A DNA stretch of 64,000 bases from Escherichia coli. GTDB lineage: Bacteria; Pseudomonadota; Gammaproteobacteria; Enterobacterales; Enterobacteriaceae. Made by a program: the position numbers and the translations under genes. Location: the NCBI RefSeq assembly GCF_016026235.1, contig NZ_CP065613.1. One strand, written 5' to 3'. Position 1 is the stretch's first letter, and each line of letters starts with the position of its first letter. A model generated the notes under the pieces. That model saw only the letters and a list, made by a program, of their open reading frames with translations, was not told the DNA's origin and searched no databases. This document shows positions 13,559 to 26,479 of the stretch, piece by piece.

Positions 13559-14908
13559 ATGCTGGATAAAATTGTTATTGCCAACCGCGGCGAGATTGCA
13601 TTGCGTATTCTTCGTGCCTGTAAAGAACTGGGCATCAAGACTGTCGCTGTGCACTCCAGCGCGGATCGCGATCTAAAACACGTATTACTGGCAGATGAAA
13701 CGGTCTGTATTGGCCCTGCTCCGTCAGTAAAAAGTTATCTGAACATCCCGGCAATCATCAGCGCCGCTGAAATCACCGGCGCAGTAGCAATCCATCCGGG
13801 TTACGGCTTCCTCTCCGAGAACGCCAACTTTGCCGAGCAGGTTGAACGCTCCGGCTTTATCTTCATTGGCCCGAAAGCAGAAACCATTCGCCTGATGGGC
13901 GACAAAGTATCCGCAATCGCGGCGATGAAAAAAGCGGGCGTCCCTTGCGTACCGGGTTCTGACGGCCCGCTGGGCGACGATATGGATAAAAACCGTGCCA
14001 TTGCTAAACGCATTGGTTATCCGGTGATTATCAAAGCCTCCGGCGGCGGCGGTGGTCGCGGTATGCGCGTAGTGCGCGGCGACGCTGAACTGGCACAATC
14101 CATCTCCATGACCCGTGCGGAAGCGAAAGCTGCTTTCAGCAACGATATGGTTTACATGGAGAAATACCTGGAAAATCCTCGCCACGTCGAGATTCAGGTA
14201 CTGGCTGACGGTCAGGGCAACGCTATCTATCTGGCGGAACGTGACTGCTCCATGCAGCGCCGCCACCAGAAAGTGGTCGAAGAAGCACCAGCACCGGGCA
14301 TTACCCCGGAACTGCGTCGCTACATCGGCGAACGTTGCGCTAAAGCGTGTGTTGATATCGGCTATCGCGGTGCAGGTACTTTCGAGTTCCTGTTCGAAAA
14401 CGGCGAGTTCTATTTCATCGAAATGAACACCCGTATTCAGGTAGAACACCCGGTTACAGAAATGATCACCGGCGTTGACCTGATCAAAGAACAGCTGCGT
14501 ATCGCTGCCGGTCAACCGCTGTCGATCAAGCAAGAAGAAGTTCACGTTCGCGGCCATGCGGTGGAATGTCGTATCAACGCCGAAGATCCGAACACCTTCC
14601 TGCCAAGTCCGGGCAAAATCACCCGTTTCCACGCACCTGGCGGTTTTGGCGTACGTTGGGAGTCTCATATCTACGCGGGCTACACCGTACCACCGTACTA
14701 TGACTCAATGATCGGTAAGCTGATTTGCTACGGTGAAAACCGTGACGTGGCGATTGCCCGCATGAAGAATGCGCTGCAGGAGCTGATCATCGACGGTATC
14801 AAAACCAACGTTGATCTGCAGATCCGCATCATGAATGACGAGAACTTCCAGCATGGTGGCACTAACATCCACTATCTGGAGAAAAAACTCGGTCTTCAGG
14901 AAAAATAA
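13559..14908 (+). CDS. accC: Biotin carboxylase
   Basis: [33 protein letters not shown] start gives 449 aa; ATP-grasp domain. Confidence 0.96.
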
Positions 14909-14923
14909 GACTGCAAAAGCGTC

Positions 14924-14950
14924 AAAAGGCCGGATTTTCCGGCCTTTTTT
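14924..14950 (+). terminator. Intrinsic terminator after accC
   Basis: GC hairpin aaaaggccggattttccggcc followed by a T-tract. Confidence 0.7.
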
Positions 14951-15016
14951 ATTACTGGGGATCGACAACCCCCATAAGGTACAATCCTCGCTTTCTTCAC
15001 CCATCAGGGACAAAAA

Positions 15017-15259
15017 ATGGACACTCGTTTTGTTCAGGCCCATAAAGAGGCGCGCTGGGCGCTGGGGCTGACCCTTTTGTATCTGGCAGTTTGGTTAGTA
15101 GCCGCTTACTTACCTGGCGTTGCCCCCGGTTTTACCGGCTTTCCGCGCTGGTTTGAGATGGCCTGCATCCTGACGCCGCTGCTGTTTATTGGACTGTGCT
15201 GGGCGATGGTGAAATTTATCTATCGCGATATCCCACTGGAGGATGACGATGCAGCTTGA
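15017..15259 (+). CDS. yhdT: Small membrane protein YhdT
   Basis: 80 aa, two predicted TM helices, directly upstream of and overlapping panF. Confidence 0.8.
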   Translation: MDTRFVQAHKEARWALGLTLLYLAVWLVAAYLPGVAPGFTGFPRWFEMACILTPLLFIGLCWAMVKFIYRDIPLEDDDAA

Positions 15260-16700
15260 AGTAATTCTACCGCTGGTCGCCTATCTGGTGGTGGTGTTCG
15301 GTATCTCTGTTTATGCGATGCGTAAACGGAGCACCGGCACCTTCCTTAATGAGTATTTCCTCGGCAGCCGCTCTATGGGCGGTATTGTGCTGGCGATGAC
15401 GCTCACCGCGACTTATATCAGTGCCAGTTCGTTTATCGGCGGGCCTGGAGCTGCTTACAAATACGGCCTTGGCTGGGTATTGCTGGCGATGATTCAGCTT
15501 CCTGCAGTCTGGCTTTCACTCGGTATTCTCGGCAAGAAGTTTGCGATTCTTGCGCGCCGCTACAATGCAGTGACGCTGAACGATATGCTGTTTGCCCGCT
15601 ATCAGAGTCGTCTTTTGGTGTGGCTGGCGAGTTTGAGTTTGCTGGTCGCGTTTATTGGCGCGATGACCGTGCAGTTTATCGGCGGCGCGCGCCTGCTGGA
15701 AACCGCGGCGGGTATTCCTTATGAAACCGGGCTGCTGATTTTCGGTATCAGCATTGCGTTGTATACCGCCTTTGGTGGCTTTCGCGCCAGCGTGCTGAAC
15801 GACACCATGCAAGGGCTTGTGATGCTGATTGGCACCGTTGTGCTGCTTATTGGCGTGGTACATGCCGCTGGCGGCTTAAGCAACGCAGTACAGACCTTGC
15901 AAACCATCGATCCGCAACTGGTTACGCCACAAGGCGCTGACGATATTCTGTCGCCTGCCTTTATGACGTCGTTCTGGGTACTGGTGTGCTTTGGCGTTAT
16001 AGGCCTGCCGCATACTGCGGTGCGCTGTATCTCTTATAAAGACAGCAAAGCAGTACACCGGGGGATCATCATCGGTACGATTGTAGTCGCAATCCTGATG
16101 TTCGGTATGCACCTGGCCGGAGCCTTAGGTCGTGCAGTGATCCCCGATCTCACCGTACCGGATCTGGTGATCCCGACGTTAATGGTAAAAGTGCTGCCAC
16201 CGTTTGCTGCCGGGATCTTTCTGGCTGCACCTATGGCTGCGATCATGTCGACAATTAACGCCCAATTGCTACAAAGTTCCGCTACGATCATTAAAGATCT
16301 CTATCTGAATATCCGTCCGGATCAAATGCAAAACGAGACGCGTCTGAAGCGGATGTCGGCGGTAATTACGTTAGTTCTCGGCGCGTTGCTGCTGCTTGCC
16401 GCCTGGAAGCCGCCAGAAATGATCATCTGGCTGAATTTGCTGGCCTTCGGTGGGCTGGAAGCCGTTTTCCTGTGGCCGCTGGTGCTGGGTCTTTACTGGG
16501 AACGCGCCAACGCCAAAGGCGCGCTAAGTGCGATGATCGTTGGCGGCGTGCTGTATGCCGTACTCGCGACGCTGAATATTCAGTACCTGGGCTTCCACCC
16601 TATCGTGCCCTCGTTACTACTAAGTTTGCTGGCTTTCCTGGTCGGAAACCGTTTCGGTACATCCGTCCCGCAAGCTACCGTTTTGACTACTGATAAATAA
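15249..16700 (+). CDS. panF: Sodium/pantothenate symporter PanF
   Basis: 483 aa from [21 protein letters not shown]-family polytopic transporter; start overlaps yhdT. Confidence 0.92.
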   Translation: MQLEVILPLVAYLVVVFGISVYAMRKRSTGTFLNEYFLGSRSMGGIVLAMTLTATYISASSFIGGPGAAYKYGLGWVLLAMIQLPAVWLSLGILGKKFAILARRYNAVTLNDMLFARYQSRLLVWLASLSLLVAFIGAMTVQFIGGARLLETAAGIPYETGLLIFGISIALYTAFGGFRASVLNDTMQGLVMLIGTVVLLIGVVHAAGGLSNAVQTLQTIDPQLVTPQGADDILSPAFMTSFWVLVCFGVIGLPHTAVRCISYKDSKAVHRGIIIGTIVVAILMFGMHLAGALGRAVIPDLTVPDLVIPTLMVKVLPPFAAGIFLAAPMAAIMSTINAQLLQSSATIIKDLYLNIRPDQMQNETRLKRMSAVITLVLGALLLLAAWKPPEMIIWLNLLAFGGLEAVFLWPLVLGLYWERANAKGALSAMIVGGVLYAVLATLNIQYLGFHPIVPSLLLSLLAFLVGNRFGTSVPQATVLTTDK

Positions 16701-16711
16701 AGAGTTTTGCC

Positions 16712-17593
16712 ATGCCTTGGATCCAACTGAAACTGAACACCACCGGCGCGAACGCGGAAGATCTTAGCGATGCGCTGATGGAAGCGGGTGCCGTTTCTAT
16801 CACTTTTCAGGATACCCACGATACGCCAGTATTTGAGCCGCTGCCGGGCGAAACGCGCCTGTGGGGCGACACCGATGTGATTGGTCTGTTCGACGCTGAA
16901 ACCGACATGAACGACGTGGTGGCGATTCTGGAAAACCATCCGCTGCTCGGTGCGGGCTTCGCGCATAAAATCGAACAACTGGAAGATAAAGACTGGGAGC
17001 GCGAATGGATGGATAATTTCCACCCGATGCGCTTTGGTGAACGACTGTGGATCTGCCCAAGCTGGCGTGATGTGCCGGACGAAAACGCCGTCAACGTGAT
17101 GTTAGACCCAGGGCTGGCGTTTGGTACGGGTACCCATCCAACCACATCTTTGTGCCTGCAATGGCTCGACAGCCTCGATTTAACCGGTAAAACGGTGATC
17201 GACTTTGGCTGCGGTTCCGGCATTCTGGCTATCGCAGCGCTGAAGCTTGGTGCAGCAAAAGCCATTGGTATTGATATCGATCCGCAGGCGATTCAGGCCA
17301 GCCGCGACAACGCCGAACGTAATGGTGTTTCTGAGCGTCTGGAACTCTACTTACCGAAAGATCAGCCAGAAGCGATGAAAGCCGACGTGGTGGTCGCTAA
17401 CATCCTCGCAGGCCCGTTACGTGAACTGGCACCGTTAATTAGCGTCCTGCCAGTTTCAGGCGGCTTACTGGGCCTTTCTGGTATTCTGGCAAGCCAGGCG
17501 GAGAGCGTTTGTGAAGCTTATGCCGATAGCTTCGCACTGGACCCGGTCGTGGAAAAAGAAGAGTGGTGCCGTATTACCGGTCGTAAGAATTAA
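16712..17593 (+). CDS. prmA: Ribosomal protein L11 methyltransferase
   Basis: 293 aa; SAM-binding motif [13 protein letters not shown]. Confidence 0.93.
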   Translation: MPWIQLKLNTTGANAEDLSDALMEAGAVSITFQDTHDTPVFEPLPGETRLWGDTDVIGLFDAETDMNDVVAILENHPLLGAGFAHKIEQLEDKDWEREWMDNFHPMRFGERLWICPSWRDVPDENAVNVMLDPGLAFGTGTHPTTSLCLQWLDSLDLTGKTVIDFGCGSGILAIAALKLGAAKAIGIDIDPQAIQASRDNAERNGVSERLELYLPKDQPEAMKADVVVANILAGPLRELAPLISVLPVSGGLLGLSGILASQAESVCEAYADSFALDPVVEKEEWCRITGRKN

Positions 17594-17853
17594 CCTTCGC
17601 ATCGCCGTAGGGTGACGCGGGGCGAAGTGCGAGCAAGCTCACAAAAGGCACGTAAATTTGCCGGTTATTTACGCAAATTTGCGTGCCAAAATTTTCATTC
17701 ATAAAGAAAAATTGAGAACTTACTCAAATTTCTTTGAGTGTAAATTTTAGTCACTATTTTCTAATATGATGATTTTTATGAGTAATTATCGCACCACGCT
17801 CATTTTAAATGCAATTCTTTGATCCATCTCAGAGGATTGGTCAAAGTTTGGCC

Positions 17854-17882
17854 TTTCATCTCGTGCAAAAAATGCGTAATAT
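17854..17882 (+). promoter_or_regulatory. dusB-fis operon promoter (-35 TTCATC, -10 TAATAT, GC-rich discriminator)
   Basis: tttcatc then 16-17 nt then taatat then acgccgcc about 40 nt upstream of dusB; AT-rich upstream region consistent with Fis autoregulatory sites. Confidence 0.5.
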
Positions 17883-17921
17883 ACGCCGCCTTGCAGTCAC
17901 AGTATGGTCATTTCTTAACTC

Positions 17922-18887
17922 ATGCGCATCGGACAATATCAGCTCAGAAATCGCCTGATCGCAGCGCCCATGGCTGGCATTACAGACAGACCTTTTCGGA
18001 CGTTGTGCTACGAGATGGGAGCCGGATTGACAGTATCCGAGATGATGTCTTCTAACCCACAGGTTTGGGAAAGCGACAAATCTCGTTTACGGATGGTGCA
18101 CATTGATGAACCCGGTATTCGCACCGTGCAAATTGCTGGTAGCGATCCGAAAGAAATGGCAGATGCAGCACGTATTAACGTGGAAAGCGGTGCCCAGATT
18201 ATTGATATCAATATGGGTTGCCCGGCTAAAAAAGTGAATCGCAAGCTCGCAGGTTCAGCCCTCTTGCAGTACCCGGATGTCGTTAAATCGATCCTTACCG
18301 AGGTCGTCAATGCAGTGGACGTTCCTGTTACCCTGAAGATTCGCACTGGCTGGGCACCGGAACACCGTAACTGCGAAGAGATTGCCCAACTGGCTGAAGA
18401 CTGTGGCATTCAGGCTCTGACCATTCATGGCCGTACACGCGCCTGTTTGTTCAATGGAGAAGCTGAGTACGACAGTATTCGGGCAGTTAAGCAGAAAGTT
18501 TCCATTCCGGTTATCGCGAATGGCGACATTACTGACCCGCTTAAAGCCAGAGCTGTGCTCGACTATACAGGGGCGGATGCCCTGATGATAGGCCGCGCAG
18601 CTCAGGGAAGACCCTGGATCTTTCGGGAAATCCAGCATTATCTGGACACTGGGGAGTTGCTGCCCCCACTGCCTTTGGCAGAGGTTAAGCGCTTGCTTTG
18701 CGCGCACGTTCGGGAACTGCATGACTTTTATGGTCCGGCAAAAGGGTACCGAATTGCACGTAAACACGTTTCCTGGTATCTCCAGGAACACGCTCCAAAT
18801 GACCAGTTTCGGCGCACATTCAACGCCATTGAGGATGCCAGCGAACAGCTGGAGGCGTTGGAGGCATACTTCGAAAATTTTGCGTAA
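17922..18887 (+). CDS. dusB: tRNA-dihydrouridine synthase B
   Basis: 321 aa; [29 protein letters not shown]-barrel Dus signature. Confidence 0.95.
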   Translation: MRIGQYQLRNRLIAAPMAGITDRPFRTLCYEMGAGLTVSEMMSSNPQVWESDKSRLRMVHIDEPGIRTVQIAGSDPKEMADAARINVESGAQIIDINMGCPAKKVNRKLAGSALLQYPDVVKSILTEVVNAVDVPVTLKIRTGWAPEHRNCEEIAQLAEDCGIQALTIHGRTRACLFNGEAEYDSIRAVKQKVSIPVIANGDITDPLKARAVLDYTGADALMIGRAAQGRPWIFREIQHYLDTGELLPPLPLAEVKRLLCAHVRELHDFYGPAKGYRIARKHVSWYLQEHAPNDQFRRTFNAIEDASEQLEALEAYFENFA

Positions 18888-18912
18888 ACAGAAATAAAGA
18901 GCTGACAGAACT

Positions 18913-19209
18913 ATGTTCGAACAACGCGTAAATTCTGACGTACTGACCGTTTCTACCGTTAACTCTCAGGATCAGGTAACCCAAAAACCCCTGCGTGACT
19001 CGGTTAAACAGGCACTGAAGAACTATTTTGCTCAACTGAATGGTCAGGATGTGAATGACCTCTATGAGCTGGTACTGGCTGAAGTAGAACAGCCCCTGTT
19101 GGACATGGTGATGCAATACACCCGTGGTAACCAGACCCGTGCTGCGCTGATGATGGGCATCAACCGTGGTACGCTGCGTAAAAAATTGAAAAAATACGGC
19201 ATGAACTAA
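18913..19209 (+). CDS. fis: Nucleoid-associated protein Fis
   Basis: 98 aa [47 protein letters not shown]...; matches Fis. Confidence 0.98.
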
Positions 19210-19235
19210 TTCAGGTTAGCTAAATGCTTGATTAA

Positions 19236-19270
19236 AAAGGCGCTACTCGGCATGGGGAAGCGCCTTTTTT
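19236..19270 (+). terminator. Intrinsic terminator after fis
   Basis: Hairpin aggcgctactcggcatggggaagcgcct followed by tttttt. Confidence 0.7.
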
Positions 19271-19294
19271 ATAGGTGTCACAAAGGGAGTGACC

Positions 19295-20179
19295 ATGAGA
19301 ACAGGATGTGAACCGACCCGGTTTGGTAATGAAGCTAAGACCATTATTCACGGTGATGCGCTTGCCGAACTTAAAAAGATCCCCGCCGAAAGTGTCGATC
19401 TGATCTTTGCCGACCCACCATATAACATCGGTAAAAATTTTGATGGTCTGATCGAAGCCTGGAAAGAAGATCTGTTTATCGACTGGCTGTTTGAAGTGAT
19501 TGCAGAGTGCCACCGCGTTCTGAAAAAGCAGGGCAGCATGTACATCATGAACAGCACGGAAAACATGCCCTTTATCGATCTCCAGTGCCGCAAGCTTTTT
19601 ACCATCAAAAGTCGCATCGTCTGGTCATATGACAGTTCTGGAGTACAGGCGAAAAAACACTACGGCTCCATGTACGAACCCATCCTGATGATGGTGAAAG
19701 ACGCAAAGAACTACACATTCAACGGTGATGCTATTCTGGTAGAAGCCAAAACCGGATCGCAGCGCGCGTTGATCGATTATCGCAAAAATCCTCCACAGCC
19801 ATACAATCATCAAAAAGTACCGGGTAACGTCTGGGATTTTCCGCGCGTGCGTTATTTGATGGATGAATATGAGAACCACCCGACGCAAAAACCGGAAGCC
19901 TTACTGAAACGCATTATTCTCGCCTCTTCCAACCCAGGCGATATCGTTCTCGACCCGTTTGCCGGTAGCTTTACTACCGGTGCCGTAGCCGTCTCCAGCG
20001 GGCGAAAATTCATTGGTATTGAGATCAACAGCGAGTACATCAAAATGGGGCTTCGACGACTGGATGTCGCGTCACATTACTCCGCGGAGGAACTGGCGAA
20101 AGTGAAAAAAAGAAAGACGGGCAACCGGTCAAAACGATGTCGGGTTAGCGAAGTTGACCCCGATCTCATTGCAAAGTAA
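19295..20179 (+). CDS. yhdJ: DNA adenine (N6) methyltransferase YhdJ
   Basis: 294 aa; DPPY motif (IFADPPYNIG); SAM-dependent N6-adenine MTase family. Confidence 0.9.
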   Translation: MRTGCEPTRFGNEAKTIIHGDALAELKKIPAESVDLIFADPPYNIGKNFDGLIEAWKEDLFIDWLFEVIAECHRVLKKQGSMYIMNSTENMPFIDLQCRKLFTIKSRIVWSYDSSGVQAKKHYGSMYEPILMMVKDAKNYTFNGDAILVEAKTGSQRALIDYRKNPPQPYNHQKVPGNVWDFPRVRYLMDEYENHPTQKPEALLKRIILASSNPGDIVLDPFAGSFTTGAVAVSSGRKFIGIEINSEYIKMGLRRLDVASHYSAEELAKVKKRKTGNRSKRCRVSEVDPDLIAK

Positions 20180-20262
20180 AGGAAGTGTAAGCCTGGTTTT
20201 CAGATTATTCATTTCGTGTATATTTCCTGCCAGACTTGGTTAAACATACACAGGCTCAGGTA

Positions 20263-20442
20263 ATGATTCGCAAGTATTGGTGGCTCGTCGTTTTCGCTGT
20301 CTTCGTTTTTCTGTTTGATACTTTACTGATGCAGTGGATTGAACTGCTGACAACAGAAACAGACAAATGCCGTAATATGAACTCAGTTAATCCACTAAAA
20401 CTGGTTAACTGTGACGAACTGAATTTTCAGGACAGAATGTGA
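20263..20442 (+). CDS. yhdU: Small membrane protein YhdU
   Basis: 59 aa from MIRKYWWLVVFAVFVFLFDTLL; an alternative upstream ATG at 20236 would give 68 aa. Confidence 0.7.
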   Translation: MIRKYWWLVVFAVFVFLFDTLLMQWIELLTTETDKCRNMNSVNPLKLVNCDELNFQDRM

Positions 20443-20444
20443 AT

Positions 20445-21107
20445 TTACATGACACTTAATTCATTCGTTTGATGAATTAATTTCGTTATGTTTTCATCTG
20501 GCATGAACATTCTTAATACGTTATCGACCAGCGCGGGTGCTTGTTTATAAAGATCATAACCCGCCATATTCATTAACCAGTTTTGAACAATTCCGCTGAA
20601 GGCACCATCAATAATAATCATCACAACATCTAAATCGAGGTTATTTGCTACACAACCTTGTTGCTGACACGCCTGCAATACTTCGCGGAGAGTCTGCGGA
20701 TTAAAGCCCATCTTTTCGCGTATCACTCCCTCGGCCAGCATCTCATCATTAAATTCACATTTGTGATATAAGATTTTCAGCAACGCCTGCTGGCGGGGAA
20801 TTTTGGCAATATATTGCAAGCCGACAATCAATTTTTCACGCAATTGTTGAAACGGGTCATGCTCTAATCCAGCCGTCAAGTGTTCCTGGATTAACTCCCG
20901 CAATGAAGGCTGTTGCAACCACATCTCATTAAACAGTTGAGTCTTGTTTTCGAAGTGCCAGTAGATAGCGCCACGCGTAACGTTAGCGGCATCGGCAATG
21001 TCGTTGAGCGTCGTCTTGCTTACGCCATGTTGCGCAAACTGGGCGATGGCAGTTTCAATCAGTTCTTGCTGGGTCTTCAGAGCTTCGGCTTTGGTTCTTT
21101 TTGCCAT
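20445..21107 (-). CDS. acrS: TetR-family repressor AcrS (EnvR)
   Basis: 220 aa; N-terminal HTH (TLNDIADAANVTRGAIYWHF); divergent from acrEF. Confidence 0.92.
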   Translation of the reverse strand: MAKRTKAEALKTQQELIETAIAQFAQHGVSKTTLNDIADAANVTRGAIYWHFENKTQLFNEMWLQQPSLRELIQEHLTAGLEHDPFQQLREKLIVGLQYIAKIPRQQALLKILYHKCEFNDEMLAEGVIREKMGFNPQTLREVLQACQQQGCVANNLDLDVVMIIIDGAFSGIVQNWLMNMAGYDLYKQAPALVDNVLRMFMPDENITKLIHQTNELSVM

Positions 21108-21505
21108 GATTAATTATTCAGGAAATAAATATATTCGACACAGGGTGAGAAAATAGCGAAGGTTAATCTATCATCTAATGTGTATTTATACGAGAGGGTA
21201 ACATTGAGTTGCTATAAATCGTCAAATAAATAATATATATTATTTACCTAAAATACATTCGCCACATGAATATATATTTCAATTTACGAGGTTTTAATTC
21301 TGCCTCTTTCAACCCGCGTCAAAATAAAACAGTAGAATATTAATCTTTTTTTGTGTTTATGTGCCTTGAGACGCCAGTATTCATAACTATTCCTTACATC
21401 GACGAATGATAATTTGTAGGATAGCGAACTGTATTTTTCTTTCTGCGAGTTAACGCGTTGCCTTTCTGGGTAAATAACGCGCTTTTGGTTTTTTGAGGAA
21501 TAGTA

Positions 21506-22663
21506 ATGACGAAACATGCCAGGTTTTTCCTCCTGCCCTCCTTTATTCTGATCTCCGCGGCTTTAATCGCCGGTTGTAACGATAAGGGAGAAGAGAAAGC
21601 TCACGTCGGTGAACCGCAGGTTACCGTTCATATTGTGAAAACGGCCCCGTTAGAAGTTAAGACTGAATTACCAGGCCGCACCAATGCTTACCGTATAGCC
21701 GAAGTTCGCCCACAGGTTAGCGGGATCGTACTGAATCGTAATTTCACTGAAGGCAGCGATGTACAAGCAGGCCAGTCCCTGTACCAGATCGATCCCGCGA
21801 CCTATCAGGCAAATTATGACAGCGCGAAAGGCGAACTGGCGAAAAGTGAAGCCGCCGCCGCCATCGCGCATTTGACGGTAAAACGTTACGTTCCGCTCGT
21901 GGGTACGAAATACATCAGCCAGCAGGAGTACGACCAGGCCATTGCTGATGCTCGCCAGGCCGATGCCGCCGTGATTGCCGCAAAAGCCACAGTCGAAAGC
22001 GCTCGCATCAATCTCGCTTATACCAAAGTGACTGCGCCAATTAGCGGACGTATCGGCAAATCGACCGTGACCGAAGGCGCTCTTGTCACTAATGGGCAAA
22101 CGACTGAACTGGCGACTGTCCAGCAGCTCGATCCTATCTACGTTGATGTGACCCAATCCAGCAACGATTTTATGAGGCTGAAGCAATCCGTAGAGCAAGG
22201 AAATTTGCATAAGGAAAACGCCACCAGCAACGTAGAGTTGGTCATGGAAAACGGTCAAACCTATCCCCTGAAAGGTACGCTGCAATTCTCCGATGTGACC
22301 GTTGATGAAAGCACCGGCTCCATAACCCTACGTGCTGTCTTCCCTAACCCGCAACATACGCTTTTGCCGGGTATGTTTGTGCGTGCACGGATTGATGAAG
22401 GCGTCCAACCTGACGCCATTCTTATCCCGCAACAAGGCGTTAGCCGCACACCGCGTGGTGATGCAACCGTGCTGATTGTTAACGATAAAAGTCAGGTTGA
22501 AGCGCGCCCTGTCGTTGCCAGTCAGGCGATTGGCGATAAATGGTTGATTAGTGAAGGACTGAAATCTGGCGATCAAGTCATTGTCAGCGGCCTGCAAAAA
22601 GCGCGTCCGGGAGAGCAGGTTAAAGCCACTACCGATACCCCCGCAGATACTGCATCGAAGTAA
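21506..22663 (+). CDS. acrE: RND efflux periplasmic adaptor (membrane fusion) lipoprotein AcrE
   Basis: 385 aa; lipoprotein signal (LIAGC) then MFP domains. Confidence 0.93.
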   Translation: MTKHARFFLLPSFILISAALIAGCNDKGEEKAHVGEPQVTVHIVKTAPLEVKTELPGRTNAYRIAEVRPQVSGIVLNRNFTEGSDVQAGQSLYQIDPATYQANYDSAKGELAKSEAAAAIAHLTVKRYVPLVGTKYISQQEYDQAIADARQADAAVIAAKATVESARINLAYTKVTAPISGRIGKSTVTEGALVTNGQTTELATVQQLDPIYVDVTQSSNDFMRLKQSVEQGNLHKENATSNVELVMENGQTYPLKGTLQFSDVTVDESTGSITLRAVFPNPQHTLLPGMFVRARIDEGVQPDAILIPQQGVSRTPRGDATVLIVNDKSQVEARPVVASQAIGDKWLISEGLKSGDQVIVSGLQKARPGEQVKATTDTPADTASK

Positions 22664-22674
22664 GGTAATCTGAC

Positions 22675-25600
22675 ATGGCAAACTTTTTTATTCGACGACC
22701 AATATTTGCATGGGTGCTGGCCATTATTCTGATGATGGCGGGCGCACTGGCGATCCTACAATTGCCCGTCGCTCAGTATCCAACCATTGCACCGCCTGCG
22801 GTTTCTGTTTCAGCAAACTATCCGGGTGCTGATGCGCAGACCGTGCAGGATACGGTGACGCAGGTTATCGAACAGAATATGAATGGTATCGATAACCTGA
22901 TGTATATGTCCTCCACCAGCGATTCCGCCGGTAGCGTGACAATTACCCTTACCTTCCAGTCCGGGACCGATCCTGATATCGCGCAAGTGCAGGTGCAGAA
23001 CAAACTCCAGCTCGCCACGCCGTTGCTGCCGCAGGAGGTTCAGCAGCAGGGGATCAGTGTTGAAAAGTCCAGTAGCAGCTATTTGATGGTGGCGGGCTTT
23101 GTCTCTGATAACCCAGACACCACACAGGACGATATCTCGGACTATGTGGCCTCTAACGTTAAAGATACGCTTAGCCGTCTGAATGGCGTCGGTGACGTAC
23201 AGCTTTTCGGCGCACAATATGCGATGCGTATCTGGCTGGACGCCGATCTGCTAAACAAATATAAACTGACACCGGTTGATGTGATTAACCAGTTGAAGGT
23301 ACAGAACGATCAGATCGCTGCCGGACAGTTGGGCGGAACGCCAGCGTTACCAGGGCAACAGTTGAATGCCTCGATTATTGCTCAGACGCGGTTAAAAAAT
23401 CCGGAAGAATTCGGCAAAGTGACCCTGCGCGTAAACAGTGACGGCTCGGTGGTACGCCTGAAAGATGTCGCACGGGTTGAACTTGGCGGTGAAAACTATA
23501 ACGTTATCGCTCGCATCAACGGAAAACCGGCGGCAGGTCTGGGTATTAAGCTGGCAACTGGTGCGAATGCTCTCGATACCGCGAAAGCCATTAAGGCAAA
23601 ACTGGCGGAATTACAGCCATTCTTCCCGCAGGGAATGAAGGTTCTCTACCCTTATGACACCACGCCATTCGTCCAGCTTTCTATTCACGAAGTGGTAAAA
23701 ACACTGTTCGAAGCTATTATGCTGGTGTTCCTGGTGATGTATCTGTTCTTGCAGAATATGCGAGCAACGCTGATCCCCACCATTGCGGTACCCGTGGTGT
23801 TGTTAGGGACGTTTGCCATCCTCGCCGCTTTTGGTTACTCCATCAACACACTAACGATGTTCGGGATGGTGCTTGCCATCGGGCTGCTCGTCGATGATGC
23901 GATAGTGGTGGTGGAGAACGTCGAGCGCGTGATGATGGAGGATAAGCTCCCGCCAAAAGAAGCGACGGAAAAATCAATGTCGCAAATCCAGGGCGCACTG
24001 GTGGGTATCGCGATGGTGCTGTCAGCGGTATTTATTCCGATGGCATTCTTCGGCGGTTCTACTGGGGCAATTTATCGCCAGTTCTCTATCACCATCGTTT
24101 CGGCAATGGCGCTTTCTGTTCTGGTGGCATTGATTCTTACCCCTGCGTTATGTGCAACACTGCTCAAACCCACCTCAGCTGAGCATCACGAAAATAAGGG
24201 TGGTTTCTTCGGCTGGTTTAATACCACCTTCGATCATAGCGTTAACCACTACACCAACAGCGTCGGCAAAATCCTCGGTTCCACAGGACGATATTTACTG
24301 ATCTATGCGCTGATTGTTGCAGGAATGGTGGTGTTGTTTTTACGTCTTCCGTCTTCCTTCTTACCTGAAGAGGATCAGGGTGTCTTTCTGACCATGATTC
24401 AGTTACCCGCTGGCGCGACGCAAGAGCGGACGCAAAAAGTGTTGGATCAAGTGACGGATTACTATCTGAAGAACGAGAAAGCAAACGTTGAAAGTGTCTT
24501 TACGGTTAACGGCTTTAGCTTCAGCGGCCAGGCACAAAACGCCGGTATGGCCTTCGTCAGTCTGAAACCGTGGGAAGAGCGTAGTGGTGACGAAAACAGT
24601 GCGGAAGCGGTAATCCATCGTGCCAAAATGGAGTTGGGCAAGATCCGCGACGGTTTTGTCATTCCATTCAATATGCCAGCCATTGTTGAACTGGGCACGG
24701 CAACGGGTTTCGACTTTGAGTTAATTGATCAGGCTGGGCTGGGTCACGATGCCCTAACCCAGGCCCGTAACCAGTTGCTTGGTATGGCGGCGCAACATCC
24801 TGCCAGCTTAGTCAGCGTGCGCCCTAATGGCCTGGAAGACACCGCGCAGTTTAAACTGGAAGTTGACCAGGAAAAGGCGCAGGCATTAGGTGTTTCACTT
24901 TCTGACATCAATCAGACCATTTCAACGGCGCTGGGTGGGACTTACGTTAACGACTTCATCGACCGTGGTCGCGTGAAAAAGGTGTATGTTCAGGCGGATG
25001 CCAAATTCCGTATGCTGCCAGAAGATGTCGATAAACTTTATGTCCGCAGCGCCAACGGCGAAATGGTGCCATTCTCGGCCTTTACCACTTCACATTGGGT
25101 GTATGGCTCTCCGCGACTGGAACGCTACAACGGTCTGCCGTCAATGGAGATTCAGGGGGAAGCCGCGCCAGGAACCAGTTCCGGCGATGCCATGGCGTTG
25201 ATGGAAAACCTTGCGTCAAAATTACCTGCGGGCATTGGTTATGACTGGACGGGTATGTCGTATCAGGAACGCTTATCGGGAAACCAGGCTCCCGCTCTGG
25301 TAGCAATTTCCTTTGTGGTTGTTTTCCTGTGCCTTGCTGCACTCTATGAAAGCTGGTCAATTCCTGTCTCGGTTATGTTGGTAGTGCCGTTAGGGATTGT
25401 CGGCGTGCTACTGGCGGCAACACTCTTTAATCAAAAAAATGACGTCTACTTTATGGTGGGCTTGCTAACGACAATTGGCTTGTCGGCCAAAAACGCTATT
25501 TTGATTGTTGAGTTCGCTAAAGATCTCATGGAGAAAGAGGGTAAAGGTGTTGTTGAAGCGACACTGATGGCAGTACGTATGCGTCTGCGTCCTATCCTGA

Positions 25601-25779
25601 TGACCTCTCTCGCCTTTATTCTCGGCGTATTACCGCTAGCTATCAGTAACGGTGCCGGCAGTGGCGCGCAGAACGCTGTGGGTATCGGGGTAATGGGAGG
25701 AATGGTCTCTGCAACGTTGCTGGCAATCTTCTTCGTACCGGTGTTCTTTGTGGTGATCCGCCGTTGCTTTAAAGGATAA
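22675..25779 (+). CDS. acrF: RND multidrug efflux transporter AcrF
   Basis: 1034 aa; [23 protein letters not shown]; 12-TM RND permease. Confidence 0.95.
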   Translation: MANFFIRRPIFAWVLAIILMMAGALAILQLPVAQYPTIAPPAVSVSANYPGADAQTVQDTVTQVIEQNMNGIDNLMYMSSTSDSAGSVTITLTFQSGTDPDIAQVQVQNKLQLATPLLPQEVQQQGISVEKSSSSYLMVAGFVSDNPDTTQDDISDYVASNVKDTLSRLNGVGDVQLFGAQYAMRIWLDADLLNKYKLTPVDVINQLKVQNDQIAAGQLGGTPALPGQQLNASIIAQTRLKNPEEFGKVTLRVNSDGSVVRLKDVARVELGGENYNVIARINGKPAAGLGIKLATGANALDTAKAIKAKLAELQPFFPQGMKVLYPYDTTPFVQLSIHEVVKTLFEAIMLVFLVMYLFLQNMRATLIPTIAVPVVLLGTFAILAAFGYSINTLTMFGMVLAIGLLVDDAIVVVENVERVMMEDKLPPKEATEKSMSQIQGALVGIAMVLSAVFIPMAFFGGSTGAIYRQFSITIVSAMALSVLVALILTPALCATLLKPTSAEHHENKGGFFGWFNTTFDHSVNHYTNSVGKILGSTGRYLLIYALIVAGMVVLFLRLPSSFLPEEDQGVFLTMIQLPAGATQERTQKVLDQVTDYYLKNEKANVESVFTVNGFSFSGQAQNAGMAFVSLKPWEERSGDENSAEAVIHRAKMELGKIRDGFVIPFNMPAIVELGTATGFDFELIDQAGLGHDALTQARNQLLGMAAQHPASLVSVRPNGLEDTAQFKLEVDQEKAQALGVSLSDINQTISTALGGTYVNDFIDRGRVKKVYVQADAKFRMLPEDVDKLYVRSANGEMVPFSAFTTSHWVYGSPRLERYNGLPSMEIQGEAAPGTSSGDAMALMENLASKLPAGIGYDWTGMSYQERLSGNQAPALVAISFVVVFLCLAALYESWSIPVSVMLVVPLGIVGVLLAATLFNQKNDVYFMVGLLTTIGLSAKNAILIVEFAKDLMEKEGKGVVEATLMAVRMRLRPILMTSLAFILGVLPLAISNGAGSGAQNAVGIGVMGGMVSATLLAIFFVPVFFVVIRRCFKG

Positions 25780-26031
25780 ATCAGAAACATAAAGGCGCTT
25801 TCGGGTGCCTTTATTATTTCCAGTGAAACCCATAAAAATTAATAAGATATTCTTCTGCTCACTCTTTAAAAGCTTTCTATAGTTCCCGCTCCCTTCACTA
25901 TTTTTACAATTCACATAATTTGTCATTATTCATTCCGCAAGATTTATAACCTCCGGTGATAAAATGGCATTCAGCTCGTTAATAAGAGAGTTAACTTATT
26001 AAGCGTTAGCGTTTATTACTGAGGTAACACC

Positions 26032-26253
26032 ATGAAAAGATTAATTCCTGTGGCATTGCTCACCGCATTGCTGGCGGGCTGTGCTCACGATTCGCCCTGC
26101 GTTCCGGTTTATGACGATCAGGGTCGTCTGGTTCACACCAATACCTGTATGAAAGGCACGACTCAGGATAACTGGGAAACGGCTGGGGCTATTGCTGGCG
26201 GGGCAGCGGCTGTTGCTGGCCTGACGATGGGGATCATCGCTCTGTCGAAATAA
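26032..26253 (+). CDS. yhdV: Small lipoprotein YhdV
   Basis: 73 aa; lipobox LLAGC; Gly/Ala-rich C-terminal hydrophobic segment. Confidence 0.8.
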   Translation: MKRLIPVALLTALLAGCAHDSPCVPVYDDQGRLVHTNTCMKGTTQDNWETAGAIAGGAAAVAGLTMGIIALSK

Positions 26254-26479
26254 CTGAACAGGGCGCGGAGTTTCGCGCTCTGTTTAACGATACAGTATCT
26301 TTACATAAGATAAAATATTGCTATATTCTGCTGGCTAATTCTCTACTGATTTAGCATGTTATATCGCGTTATTTCGCTGCTTTCGAAATAACGCATCAAT
26401 TTAACTTTCACACTTCCCACCAGAAATATACTCACGCTAACAATCATTATTCTGCTTAGTAAAACACGCGTAAATATTT

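Noticed and set aside
13724-14668. 314 aa ORF on the minus strand
   Set aside because: Lies entirely antisense within accC, a highly conserved gene whose frame explains the sequence; no SD or start context; a typical shadow ORF in GC-rich coding DNA.
21284-21517. 77 aa ORF in the acrS-acrE divergent intergenic region
   Set aside because: AT-rich promoter/operator region for AcrS; the ORF has no SD and is Lys/Tyr/Ser-rich from A/T codons; more likely regulatory DNA than coding.
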